The notes under the pieces were generated by a model, which was not told the origin of the DNA, did no database searches, and worked only from the letters and a program-made list of their open reading frames with translations. Position numbers and translations under genes: made by a program. Below are positions 13,341-30,944 of a DNA stretch of 64,000 nt, one piece after another. The stretch's first letter is position 1. Each line of letters begins with the position of its first letter. The stretch covers positions 16,554,001 to 16,618,000 of the forward strand of contig JBHGNT010000007.1 in assembly GCA_043228905.1 (NCBI GenBank). Reading direction: 5' to 3'. The DNA is from Azolla caroliniana (taxonomy: Eukaryota; Plantae; Polypodiophyta).

Positions 13341-16163
13341 ATTCTAGCCAAAGTGATGCCTAGATGATGAACATAGGGTGGGTGTGACAAGGATTATGTA
13401 CAATTGAATAAAATGTCAAAGCGCAAATGGAGACAAGAAGAGACCTAGGAAATGCCTCAAGAACATGGAAATGAGTGGGAACAAGAATAGAAGCCAAAGT
13501 TGGAAGGGACTTAGAAGTAGAATTGGAGCCGAAACCAACGTGAGGATATGAACACAAATCAAAACAGAAGTAGAAGCCAATGTAGGGACAAGGATAAGGA
13601 CAAATATATAACTCTTGCTTGACAAGGGCACCACAAGAGTTGGCATGGTAACCTAATTTGTCTAAGAAGAGGGGAGTAAATATGGATTGTCAATGCAAGT
13701 GGAAAAAGATGATGGAATGAGCCCACAGATATACTATCAAATTGAGAGACACAAGCGACAACAAACCAAGGATGTTAGGATGATGTAGTTTCATCATAAA
13801 TATCTCACACGCCCTCCTAATACATCTCTACGTGGTAATCCACCCCCTACAGGCTACAATCATGATTCAGAATAGCGAGTCTATGACCGACAACCACCCT
13901 TCTTGTTTTGTGTTATAGGCCTCCTACATGCCATCATGATATTTTCTTTTACCACCAAAGTTTTTGTTTTCAACCTCCAAGCTTTGTGAAGCGAGCTCAA
14001 TGAAATCAAACTTGGGTGCTTTTTCTTAGCAATGGGTAACTCCACCCCGACCATTTGAGCTATCAAACTTGTTGGTTTAGTTTTATCTCCTTCATGTCCT
14101 TCCTACTATGTGTCATAAACATGAATTCCAACACTTTTCTCCCTTTGCATATGCCATATCATGAGATCCACCCCCATCAAACTAGGGCATCCTCCTGTAT
14201 GTGCCACATTTGGTGAGGGCACAAGAGTTTTTGTGAGGAGGGTTTATCCTTCATATTAATATCCACTCTTTTACTCATATGATACCTTGTTTTATGGAAA
14301 TCCTTATGTTACGGATCATTTATATTTTCCTCTCCAAAGCCACAAAGATCATTCTCTTCTTTATATGCATGATGACCAACCCCTATCATCAAATTCAATT
14401 AGTTAATCTTTCATTACTCCACAATGGTTCCTCTCAACAAAGTTTGACCAAAATTCAAATATATATAAAACTTGACTTTTGGCACTTTTCTCCCTTAACA
14501 CACTCCACATTATGATATTGTGTATAAATTGTACTTGTATTCAAGGTGTATTCTTTGGTGGATGTATGTATGCATACATTTATGTGTGTGTAAGAATGTG
14601 TGCAAACTTAGCTATACATTTGAATTTGTGTCGACTTATAGGTTTATGTCTACATGTGTGTGTGTGTGTGTGTGTGCACGCGCACACACATGCGCCTCTG
14701 AGCCTACATGCATGTACGAAATGTGTAAGTGTTGTCTTGAAATGTATATGTGTTTGTCGATTATGCAAACGTGCAAGTGTAAGTGTTCTTATATGTGATT
14801 ATAAATGTGTGTGTTGTGTTTATTTGTATATTTAATATATATTGGAATTCAAGGGTATTTTAGGTCACAAAGTTGCCCCCATTCCCTAATTGTTTGTGAG
14901 TGAAAAGAGGTATTGACACAAGAGGAAGGGAAAGCCAAATGCAAAACAAAACTCAACATTGTGATAGGCTTGGGCCCAAGCCTAGTATCAAGGGAAGGAC
15001 CAATGCCAAGGAGGTTCAATGATAATATGTACGTACGTACGTATGTATGTATGTGAGTGAATGATTGTATGCATATGTTTGTATAGTTGTATTTGTGTGT
15101 ATAAATATAGTATTGTACATGTACATTTCTATTATTGTACGCATATGTATGGCAAATTGTATATGTATATGATTTTATGCATGTATGAACGACTAATGGT
15201 ATGACTATATCTATGTGTACGAATGAATGACTACATAAATGTATGTGTATGAATGTGTGCATATGGATGTGTATGAATGTATCTATGCATTCTATAACGT
15301 GTGTATAATGTAACCAAGAGGTCTTCAATATACCAAAGGGATTTGTAAAGTAATCAAGGATAGAGTGAAACAAAGTGAGGTTGGTGAACCTTGTGGGTGC
15401 AATGTGGGTATGACAAGACATCATCGAAGTACATAATCTTTAGATATTAGATTATTCCTTAGCACTTTTATGAAGAAATTAGTTCAAATTTATGCAACTC
15501 AAATATGTGTTTTTTGTAGGTACTTCTTTTGATACTATAATAGTATGCATCTATTGGGTTACAATATGCTCTCGTATTTGTGAATTTTGTTGATCTTCAT
15601 GATTGCATATCATTTTATTGTCTTAATATGGTTTTTATAACGTCCAATTCATTAGCCTATCCAATTTTTTCTTTTTATTTGCTACATTTGTCATTCAACG
15701 AGCTAAGAAATGGCCATACCCCTTTCAGCGATATCATCCCACATTTTGGAACATGGAGGTCACACTCTCTCTCCATCATGGCCCACTGTGTATGATAGTT
15801 GACATTTAATGTTTAACACATCTCAGAAACACATTATTTATGATTATCATCATCACTTCATAATTCAATGTCGTACGAAAGACAATTTTGAATGTATGCT
15901 CAATAAATATGCTTAATATTTTGAATGACATGCTCAACATTCTTCCTGATGTTCTATTTGAAAACTATGGCTAATCTGCAATTCTCATACATTTCTACCC
16001 TTAAATCCATTAAAAGTTGCAATCAACTCAAATTCTCATAAGGATTCATATTATTCTCATTGGGATGGAATGGTTTATATGATCCAAACATTCAATCCAA
16101 CGAAAAATCCTTCATACCGTAAATAGAATGCTCAATAACTAAAAAATCTAAAAATATATATAT

Positions 16164-16384
16164 ATGTTCGTAGAGTTTTCATGCCAGTATGCTTGGATCA
16201 TTCCCGCTTGTCCACTAGTGTCTTCTGCTCTAACTGGATTAATTTCGTTCTTTTTTCCGAAGGCTACACAAACGGTATTCGTCGTTTATGCGCTGCACTT
16301 AGCATATCATTGCTAGTTGTTTCTATGGTCATATCCATATCTTCATTCTGGCAACAAAGTATTAGTCACTCCACCAAACAATAC
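16164..16384 (+). pseudogene. ndhF: Nuclear plastid DNA (NUPT): ndhF 5' end, frameshifted
   Basis: From ATG 16164 it reads [18 protein letters not shown]...FFFPKAT. After a 2-nt CA duplication it continues [15 protein letters not shown]...[13 protein letters not shown], matching the conserved NdhF N-terminus (QYAWIIP...FPxATxxxRR...QQ...QY). Confidence 0.85.
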
Positions 16385-16691
16385 ATTGATGGTAATAGAA
16401 TCACATTATCTACGATCAATAGGGACAGCTATAATAGGGAAAGTTCGAACACCACAAATACCAGATTGAGAACATATGAACGTTCTAATAACAATACCTG
16501 TATAAACCAAAACTCCACAGTTATACCAGGAGAACTCTTGAGAAGTGGAGAACTTTTAGCGGATGGAGCAGCAACCGCCGGAGGAGAGTCAGCTTCGGGT
16601 AGAAACATCTTGGTAGCTTACATGCCGTGGGAGGGGTATAACTTTGAGGATGCAGTATTGATCAGCGAACGTTCGATATACGAAGATATTT
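16379..16691 (+). pseudogene. rpoB: Nuclear plastid DNA (NUPT): internal rpoB fragment
   Basis: [12 protein letters not shown]...[45 protein letters not shown] is the hallmark plastid RNA polymerase beta segment. Confidence 0.95.
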
Positions 16692-17987
16692 CTGAGTAAC
16701 ATTCCTTTGATACTTTTTAGGTTGGATTATATCCTCAATAGGATGGATTTGTTAAGATGATCCAAGCATGCAATCCAACAAAGATGCTTATGATGTTTTC
16801 TAAGCACTAGAATTAACTTAAAAAAACTTTCTTATGCATTGAAAGTTGAAACATCATGGCATACTTTTCAACAAAACATTTCCTTCATGTTATAATTGAA
16901 ACATATGCAATAGATATTTATTGATATTATTATCCTATAGATGAGAATATTTACTTCATTACTCAAAAAACTTTTATTTTTATTTTTATTCTCCATATGA
17001 ATACACATTAGTTAGAATTATCACCTTCAACAGCTAGATTGGTGCAATCTTCAAACTTGAATCACACAATTTACCTCACTAACCATCGAATAAGAACAGC
17101 TCACAAAAAACCACGAGTAGAATAAACTTGCCAGCAATGTGCCATAAAATCCAAATAATGTAATGAATGAAGAGTGTTCATTTGCTGCACAAAAAACAAG
17201 CACAAGCATCTTTCAACCAAAATGGTCCATTTGTTTTCATCCACAGTAAAGTTTGATTTTGATATCTTAGCTTATGTAGTTTCCACATAAGTGGACTAGG
17301 GACCCTAGCTCTATGAAGAACTTAAGAGGAACTAAAATCCTAAGGCAGGCTGCAACAAACTCTTAACTAATGCCAGCTCCATCATCATGCAAAGCACAGT
17401 TCACAATCATGATCTGCTCAAAAAGAGGATTTGTAAATACTATCAGCAGCAAAAAAGCTCCAGAGGCCTACCTAACGAAGCACCTCAAGAATCTTGAAAC
17501 TGTGGAAGCAATGGAGTACAGAAGGCAACCACTTTGGGGCAACTAGGGTGAGGCTGTGCATACACGAGCTTGATCATGTGTGCAAAGTAGCTTTTGTTAA
17601 ACAATCCATTATTACATATTTAAAGAAATCCAGTAAATAATGTAAACTGACAATTTGATGTCTATCATGGCACTCACTCTTGGCATACTTTCCCTAGTAT
17701 AGTATATTTTTTGGTCAAACGAACAAACAAACAACATAGTTTTCTTCTGGCCAAATTAGAGCCATCTTGAAAGAAATCCATGAGCATCAAGTAATGTAAG
17801 AGTTCACAGTTTATATTTCTGATTCCTGAACCTGTAAATCAGTCAGTTTGCCAATACTATCTATATACCGTGCCATATAATACATATCAAACAGGAGATT
17901 CCAATTGCCAACTGCATGTCTTAAAAGTTGACCTTCGAACAAAAAAAACTAACTACAATACAACATGGCCTTGATGGTATACTTGGG

Positions 17988-20196
17988 CTACACATTACTT
18001 TGCTTGTACGCAGTTATATCTAGAACTTGCTTTCCACACATTGCACATATACCTACAAGAACCACACAACAACTAGAATTAACAATTACCAACTTAAAAC
18101 AGTGAATATTAAATTCATAAAAACAATCAACCTGGCTAGAGAAAGAATCCTGATCAGCCTTACCTTTCTTATATGCACATGATTGGCAATACTTGGCATC
18201 TTGGTGTAATTGTTGTTTGCAAATAGTACACTTTGTAGTTCCATATGGCATCCACCTGCATACAAAAGAAATTCTGTTAGAATAACCAAAATTAGTAATA
18301 AAAATTAGCTGAAAATGCACCAGGGTAGGAATAACCAGTTGTACCTCTTTTGCTTGGATAAGAGCTTGTTTTCATTGATCTTTCGGCCTCCACCCTCTGT
18401 TGTGTTGGATGCACCCTCCTTCCACTTGTCCGGGACAATAACCTTTGAAAGCTTCTTCTGACCTGTTATATACAGTCTCTCAGTTGTTTTAATTGCATGA
18501 AAAAAACAATCAGATTAAGTCGCGTTGTTGCTCAACTTGCTTTACATTTGTATTTTCATGCAAGTACAATTGATGAAATCTGAACAGTGACTTCACACCG
18601 AAAGATCCGATTTGAACCACCATCATATAATACATACAGAAACACATCGACCGTATCTTGTATAATATGAATAATACACAATGATGGCACTAGCAGCAGA
18701 GAGATCAAAACAACATAAATAAAAGACAGAGCAGCATTCAGAAGAGAAATTAGAGTGGTGTGTACAACTGAAGCTCCAACTTACCCTTGTCCACTTTGTA
18801 GATATTCATAAGAGTTTCAGAGAGTACATTATCAAGACATAAAATACATATCATGTGAACATAAACCCCAATCCTTTTATCCAAACTGTGATGAGTTTAC
18901 GACATCAAATTGAAAACATATGTATTATTCCCTAACCACAGAAAATAACAAAATAAAGATAAAGAGGAATCTACAATCATATTTCGTTATCCAGTTGTAT
19001 GAATATGACTCAGAATTCAGAGCTATAAGATGTGGCAATAAGTATGTGCAATATCAATTTGACTGAGGAAAACATTTCCCGATCTGCCTTAAATAATATC
19101 CTCATATATTGCAGAAACATGTGAAGATAACTTCAGGATCTTACTTATGTTAGTTATCTAATCCGTCCCCATCCCATGCCTCAATTTATCCTACAAAAAC
19201 AGGATATCAAGGCCTCACTCAAGCCCTAAAACTGGCAATGGAATGCACCATAGTAAGTTAAACATTGGATGTGCATCAGCATCTCCTCCTTTACAGGAAT
19301 GTTTAAAAAGACCTCTTTTTAACACCCATCAAGACCTTATCACAAACACCTTCCAAAACCTGGATACGGCTTAACCTGGGGATAATATTGCAATCTCCAG
19401 TCTTGCATGTATCCTGTTAAAAGGCCGTCTTTGATACAAAAATCCGACACACATCCCTTCTTTCAATACACTTCAAGACATTGTTCAATCTATATAAAAC
19501 CCGGCTGTGGCATGTTCTGAAAATCGCATAACGAACTTACATCTTGAATATATCGATAAACTAGCCCTCTTTTTAGCATAGATTAAAGACCTTACTCAAC
19601 GCCTACAGTATCTACCCATGACATGGTTTCAGAAATGGCAAAGCACGTTGCAATCAAGAATACAAAAACAGGGCATCAGGACAACTTCCTTCAATACCTA
19701 AAAATCTTGCATATCTGCTATGCTAATAAGTTCTCCTTTTTTACAACAATTCAATACTTTGTGCAGATCCTATCAAACATGTCCATAACAAATTGTTGAA
19801 AATGACGTTTCAACCACAAATCTTCCATGCAAATGATTGCACCGACTTTCATTTATACACTGATCACCACAGAAACTGGCAATAACATGTTGTTGAAACT
19901 GGATTCCAAACTCAAAACTTGCATATGAATTTTGCAACATAACCATATCCATCAGGACTTCATAGTCATGAATTTTGCAGAATGAGAAAAAGAAAACGAA
20001 CCATATCGATCAGGACTTCATAGTTTTCAAGGAAAATGCGTAAAAGAAATTGAAGATAGAGGCGGAAAAAGAAGAAGAAGAAGATGCAAACGAATCATCC
20101 ACCAAAAATTACGAGATTACAAGCAAGAGACAGTAACTAGATTGAAAGGTAGAGGTAGAGAGGAGAGAAGGGACACTCACATTTCTCGCAGACCAT
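17988..20196 (-). CDS. CRIPT: Cysteine-rich PDZ-binding protein (CRIPT), 4 exons (20196-20181, 18462-18345, 18255-18164, 18052-17988), 96 aa
   Basis: The spliced product is MVCEKCQKKLSKVIVPDKWKEGASNTTEGGGRKINENKLLSKQKRWMPYGTTKCTICKQQLHQDAKYCQSCAYKKGICAMCGKQVLDITAYKQSNV. All introns are GT-AG and the CDS totals 291 nt. Confidence 0.93.
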
Positions 20197-20238
20197 GGTC
20201 GATCAGGCGCGTTCGTCTAGACTCTGTTGTTCCTTCTT

Positions 20239-20247
20239 TTAGGGTTT
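20239..20247 (-). promoter_or_regulatory. Telo-box (AAACCCTAA) upstream of the CRIPT ATG
   Basis: TTAGGGTTT on the plus strand, ~45 nt 5' of the start codon. The telo-box is a known plant housekeeping promoter/5'UTR element. Function here is not shown. Confidence 0.45.
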
Positions 20248-20326
20248 CAGAATAATCAGGAAAGACGTTCTTCTCCTACTCTCTCTCGCCTGTGCATACA
20301 TATATATATATATATACAAACCTCTA

Positions 20327-21075
20327 TATTTTCGATTATTTCCCAAAATGCCCCTCGTATTTGTTTTGTATTTTCGATTATTTCCCAAAATGCCTCTCTT
20401 ATTTATTTTGTCTTTTTTTATTATTTCCCAAAATGCACCTCGTATTTGTTTTGTATTTTCGATTATTTCCCAAAATGCCCCTCTTATTTGTTTTGTCTTT
20501 TTTTATTATTTCCCAAAATGCACCTCGTATTTGTTTTGTATTTTCGATTATTTCCCAAAATGCCCCTCGTATTTGTTTTGTATTTTCGATTATTTCCCAA
20601 AATGCCTCTCTTATTTATTTTGTCTTTTTTTATTATTTCCCAAAATGCACCTCGTATTTGTTTTGTATTTTCGATTATTTCCCAAAATGCCCCTCTTATT
20701 TGTTTTGTCTTTTTTTATTATTTCCCAAAATGCACCTCGTATTTGTTTTGTATTTTCGATTATTTCCCAAAATGCCCCTCGTATTTGTTTTGTAGTTTTG
20801 ATTATTTCCCAAAATGCCCCTCGTATTTGTTTTGTATTTTCGATTATTTCCCGAAGTGCCCTTCGTATTTGTTTTGTATTTTCAATTATTTCTCGAAGTT
20901 GCCCTCATATTTGTTTTGTATTTTCGATTATTTCCCAAAATGCCCCTCATATTTGTTTTGAATTTTCAATTATTTCCCGAAGTGCCCCTTGTATTTGTTT
21001 TGTATTTTCGATTATTTCTCAAAGTGCCCCTCGTATTTGTTTTGTATTCGATTATTTCCCAAAATGCCCCTTCTA
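20327..21075. repeat. 42/43-bp minisatellite, ~17.5 units
   Basis: Unit cccaaaatgcccctcgtatttgttttgtattttcgattattt with starts at 20342, 20384, 20427, 20469, 20512, 20554, 20596, 20639, 20681, 20724, 20766, 20808, 20850 and onward. Confidence 0.97.
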
Positions 21076-21679
21076 TTATTAATTTTTTGTATGGATTCCA
21101 AATTGATTTTGCAAAATATCATTTGATACCCCTCCACACGAGCCTCTCACATTCGTACCCAGAAAATCAATCACTACAATGTGTGATATTCAGCAAAGAA
21201 ATGTGAAACTTAGTACGACATATTGTCTCGTCTTGTCTTTGTCCATGCACAATCAATCCTTTGCATGCGTCGCCATTTCTGACCTACGAGATCCCAAAGA
21301 TCATCAATACAATATGATACTTGACAAAGAAAGATATATTAACGTCTTCTAAGGCCAAAATTGGCCCATGAGACAAATGGTTTACAAAAAAACGGGATAT
21401 TTACACATTCATCGAAAGTAAAAATACAACAATGTCTTTGTAATCGTCTTTGTTTGTGCCCAATTGATCCCTTGCATACATTGACCCTTTCTAACCTACA
21501 TGATACCGAACTTGGCAACATTCACCTAACCATGGTTTCTCTTGCCAGCATTGTAGGTTGCGATTGTTGACCATGAAGTGTGAAGGTACGATACAAAGGT
21601 TCGATAATGTTGTGTTTTTGTTTACTTTGAGGTTGTGTCTTTGTTTCCATATCCTAGAAGTTTAATGTTGATCCCTATA

Positions 21680-22460
21680 ATTGTTTTCTTGCCGAAACAC
21701 GTGGTTTCCTTGTAATCTACTAAGACTTCTCGGGCTTTGCTTTGGCTCACAACTTAGAAGCATGTGTACTATTCCATCCCATATGCAAGGATATCCTGTC
21801 AAGCCTTTGAGGCATCCTCGATCCCTACATGCGTCTGGAGACACTAGCTCTTGGTATAGCATTGTGGTGAGTTGGTTACTTGCAAACGACATAGACATTA
21901 ATAACCTACCTCCCCTTAAGTATAACCATGGGACTGATCAAACTCTAATCTCTCATGAAGACCGTAATAAAGTGATACGCCAAGAAATATGGCAAATTTA
22001 CACTCAATATAAATGGATCACCCCACGAGAGCCACTCCCATCGAAAATGTTGTACTATAAGTAACACTTCTTGCACTTCTCTAAGTTAGGCTTTATTACA
22101 CGACCAAGATATCTAGATACATTCTTATCAAATGCACTAAGGGTGGCCATTGGACAACTTAGGATATCATCTCACCAACTTGAGATTGAGAATGGTCGGG
22201 CTAATAGAGTCCCTAAAGAGAAAAGGCTATGTAGGTTATGCCACATAGAGATAGAGGATGAGTATCACTTCACATGCAGGTACCCAACTTATCCCAAGAT
22301 ATGGGCGAAATACCAAGACATATTAGGACCCTCTCCCACCCTCTCCAAACTATTAGATACCCCGAGTATAAAGAGACTAGGTAGGTATATCTTAGAACTA
22401 AAACAATATATGGAGAATAAATTAGAAAGTGCTAACCATAACCCTTTTACTATTCATTAA
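21680..22460 (+). mobile_element. LINE (RTE-like) ORF C-terminal remnant
   Basis: LRVAIGQLRISSHQLEIENGR...RLCRLCHIEIEDEYHFTCRYPTY is the post-RT zinc-knuckle region of non-LTR retrotransposons. Confidence 0.8.
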
Positions 22461-22911
22461 AATGTAACTAATGCAATTTTTCAGGAACAAGGGGAGAGAA
22501 CATGTGTTTTTATAAAGAACACGTTTGTTATTTTCTTAGAACTATTTAGCTTAAACTCTATTTTTATCTTATTTTTATTCATATGTTGATGTTAATCGGT
22601 ATTCATAAGACCTAACAAAACATTTGGAGGTTGGGAATTTGTTTAACCACCAACATATACTTGTATACGCTTCCTTGCATTCTTCATAGGATATCAACAT
22701 CTCCAATACAAACATATTTGTCATTCATTTCCAAGTGCATTGATCTCTTGTCTATCACAATATATATTATGGCATTTGTATCTTTGAATTCTAAACCATC
22801 AAATTTGTTACCTTCCTCACAATTTTTCATTGTTACTCTTTTTCTCACTACTATGCTTATCTTTATTCATATGGGACACATTTAATTTCCTCAAAAGATT
22901 AGTAAAAGATG

Positions 22912-23060
22912 TAATACCTAATATTTCCAAACTCAAGTGTCATGGATAATCATCGATTCTTTGCCCCTTAAAAGTTGCAAAGACACTAATACCTAATATT
23001 TCCATACTGAAGTGTCGTGGATAATCATCGATTCTTTGCCCCTTAAAAGTTGCAAAGACA
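22912..23060. repeat. Tandem duplication of ~76 bp
   Basis: taatacctaatatttcca...ggataatcatcgattctttgccccttaaaagttgcaaagaca occurs at 22912 and 22988. Confidence 0.9.
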
Positions 23061-23657
23061 TCAAAGTCTGTTTAATTCTTCACAAGCTCATTTGACATAC
23101 AATAATCAATTTGAGCCGACAGAGACAAACTATGCTTTCATAAAGTTCCATCCTCAAGAAAAGACTCTGACGCTTTGCCAGCAACTTTGCAATTGTGATT
23201 GATTTACACGTATCAATACATATTCTAAGCTTCATGGAAGCAACCAACAGTTGAGCAAAAGATTATGTCAACATACAAAATTGCTTCTCTCAAGTCTTTA
23301 CAGGTATCACCCACATTCTGAAACTACAAAAGATTCCATACACCATCTAGATATCCTAAACCTAAATGAGACCTTTCTCCACAAATCTCTTCCCGAGTCA
23401 TTGCAGATGTATCTCATTTCAAGCATATATACAATGTCGATAATAAAAACCATCAGAAAAGGAATCTCATTTCAAGCATATATACAAGTGTGATCCTCAT
23501 GAACGTACTTCGATGGCGATGCAAGGAAAAGTTCTCTTGCAACGGTGCAAAAAGAACAAAAAGATCAAAACAAGAATCTATAACTAACTAGTCTATCAAC
23601 ATTAGAGGAAGTTTAACAAGAACAATGACCGCGAACCTTTCCATTCAAGGAAATGCC

Positions 23658-28636
<4,979 letters not shown>

Positions 28637-28837
28637 GGCGTCGATGACGAGAGGATCAAGGCTGATTTTAACGATGATTTGTATGCATGTATGTATGTAT
28701 ATGTAGCGGTGGAAACAATCAAAATGAGAAGCTTTTGTTGTTTTTCACACCCCCAAAAACCGCCTGCAAAGGGGCAGGATTTGGGCATTTCCATCATCCT
28801 CTCTCCCCATCCATCCATGGATTCATGGATCCAGCAC

Positions 28838-29610
28838 CAATCCGTAAAATGCTTGTGAATATGGCAAGCCTCAATCAATGCATTCGATCGATCCATAGGA
28901 CTGACCAGGATGTCGTCACAATGCATTCGATCAATGCATTCAACCGATCGATCGGACTGACCAGGATGTCGTCACAATCTGTTAAATGCTTGTGAATGGC
29001 AAGCCTCAATCAATGCATTTGATCAATCGATGGGACTAATCGGGATGTCGTCACAATCTGTAAATGCTTCTGAATGACAAACCTCGATCGATGCATTTGA
29101 TCAATCGGTCGGTCGGACTGATCGGGATGTCGTCACAATCCGTAAATGCTTGCTAATGGCAAGCCTCGATCGATCCGACTGATCAGGATGTCGTCATAAT
29201 CCGTAAATGCTTGTGAATGGCTAGCCTTGATCGATCGATTGGACTGACCGGGTGTCGTCACAATCCGCCTAAACCCTAAATGCTTGTGAATGGCAAGCCT
29301 CGACAAATGCATTTGATCAATCGATGGGACTAATCGAGATGTCGTCACAATCCGTAAATGCTTGTGAATGACAAATCTCGATCAATGCATTTGATCGATC
29401 GATCGATCTGACTGATCGCAATGTCGTCACAATCCGTAAATGTTTGCTAATGGCAAACCTCGATCAACGCATTTGATCGATTGATCGGACTAGTTAGGAT
29501 GTCGTCACAATCCGTAAATGCTTGTGAATGGCTAGCCTTGATTGATCAATTGGACTAGCCGGATGTCGTCACAATCCATAAATGCTTGTGAAGGCCAAGC
29601 CTTAATCAAT
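28838..29610. repeat. GATC-rich tandem array, ~10-11 units of ~55-87 bp
   Basis: Conserved core gatgtcgtcacaatccgtaaatgcttgtgaatggcaagcct plus a variable-length (gatc/gatt)n-aatgcatt linker. Confidence 0.95.
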
Positions 29611-30753
29611 CGTGCTTTCATCTACAATTTCATTGTAACATTGGAGACACTTTGTATATTTCTATGAGGCTTCCTCTGTTGATGCCTCCACGTATTTGGT
29701 TTCAACATTATTTGTGGATGTACTTTGCCATGTTTCCATATGCCATTTTTCAAAATAATTTCTTGATTATTTCTCAATATTCCATATTCTCTTGCTCACA
29801 ATATTTTGCTTATAGGTTCCAAGTAGTTTGGAAAATTGTGCTTCAATGGGTGGAATGATAATATTCCTAGTAAAGAATTGTCATATCGCATAAAAACGTG
29901 AATCATAAGCAAGACCGTATTGTATAAAAATATCATTTGTATACAATATTTAAGAAACTTTAGAAGTTCCACACAAACTCGATCTAACAAATTACTCCAC
30001 TACGATTCTCGATCTTATCTATTAACATATATTAAAATGTTGTGAATGTATATACATGATGTAGTATACGTATAAATAAGATAAAGGTTTTTCTCAAGCA
30101 ATGTGTTTAGTTTCGCATTTCACAATAAAATAAAGGCTACAATTTGAGATTGTATAAATTTAGAAGGTCATAAAAAACACAACCTTGCAATTTCGCTTCC
30201 CATAGTCCATCCAAGGGTTGAAAATATAAGAGTGTTCCATCATACCATATTCAACATCCTATAAGCTAGGCACACACTAGTGATACCATGCATGCCAATC
30301 ACCTTGACAAGTTATTACATCTCCAACTTTTCATGATTAGTGTACAAAATGTATGATACAACAATAGATATGGTGGATGTTTGCGATCAAAGGCATAAAA
30401 ACTAGCGAAGGAAAGTGCTACAAGTTCATTCAATTAATACAACAAAAAACACGGATTAAATATATACACAAGGTCTTACTTTGCACATGGTACGTACTAA
30501 TAACTTCTAATTGAGTGGACCCAGAACAAGGCAAGCATGTTCTGGTGGTGAAGAAGCATAAATTTCATCCGCAGCAGGTCGAGCCGCCCGATTATCAAGA
30601 CATCTGTCAGTTTCCAGACATGCGCGCGCACGCACTCGTATATTTCTCTCTCTCTCTCTCTCTCTCAAAAGTCTGGAAAACCAAGAACACACATATTCCT
30701 TGGAGAGAACGGTTTCACACAGACACATAGACACACACAGACACACAACTTAC

Positions 30754-30806
30754 TAACAATTGGCAACGGTTCGGCTCGGTTCAAACCGAACCGTAGCCGA
30801 TTGTTA
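30754..30806. mobile_element. 53-bp hairpin, a collapsed MITE (two TIRs joined, TA-flanked)
   Basis: TA-ACAATTGGCAACGGTTCGG...CCGAACCGTAGCCGATTGT-TA has the same termini as the 42796-43236 MITE. Confidence 0.65.
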
Positions 30807-30944
30807 CCAGGCTGAGTGTACACACAAGACAGAGACAGAGACAGAAGACAGAGACAGAGACAGAGACAGAAGACAGAAGACAGAGAGTGTATCAGAACAT
30901 GGGGAAGCCGACTCTTCTTGGGCTCTTCTGACATTCTTGGCCTA

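Noticed and set aside
14479-15424. Cys/Val- and His/Thr-rich ORFs
   Set aside because: They are translations of TG/TATG low-complexity sequence.
16181-16699. 172-aa ORF as a functional RNA polymerase gene or bacterial contamination
   Set aside because: It is only a short plastid-type rpoB piece fused to ndhF, with unedited codons and nuclear flanks.
20227-21206. Long ORFs (130-244 aa) in several frames
   Set aside because: They are by-products of a stop-free 42/43-bp minisatellite. The same peptide cycles through all three frames.
28838-29610. CRISPR-like repeat-spacer appearance
   Set aside because: The linkers are variants of one another rather than unique spacers, the context is eukaryotic, and no cas genes are present.
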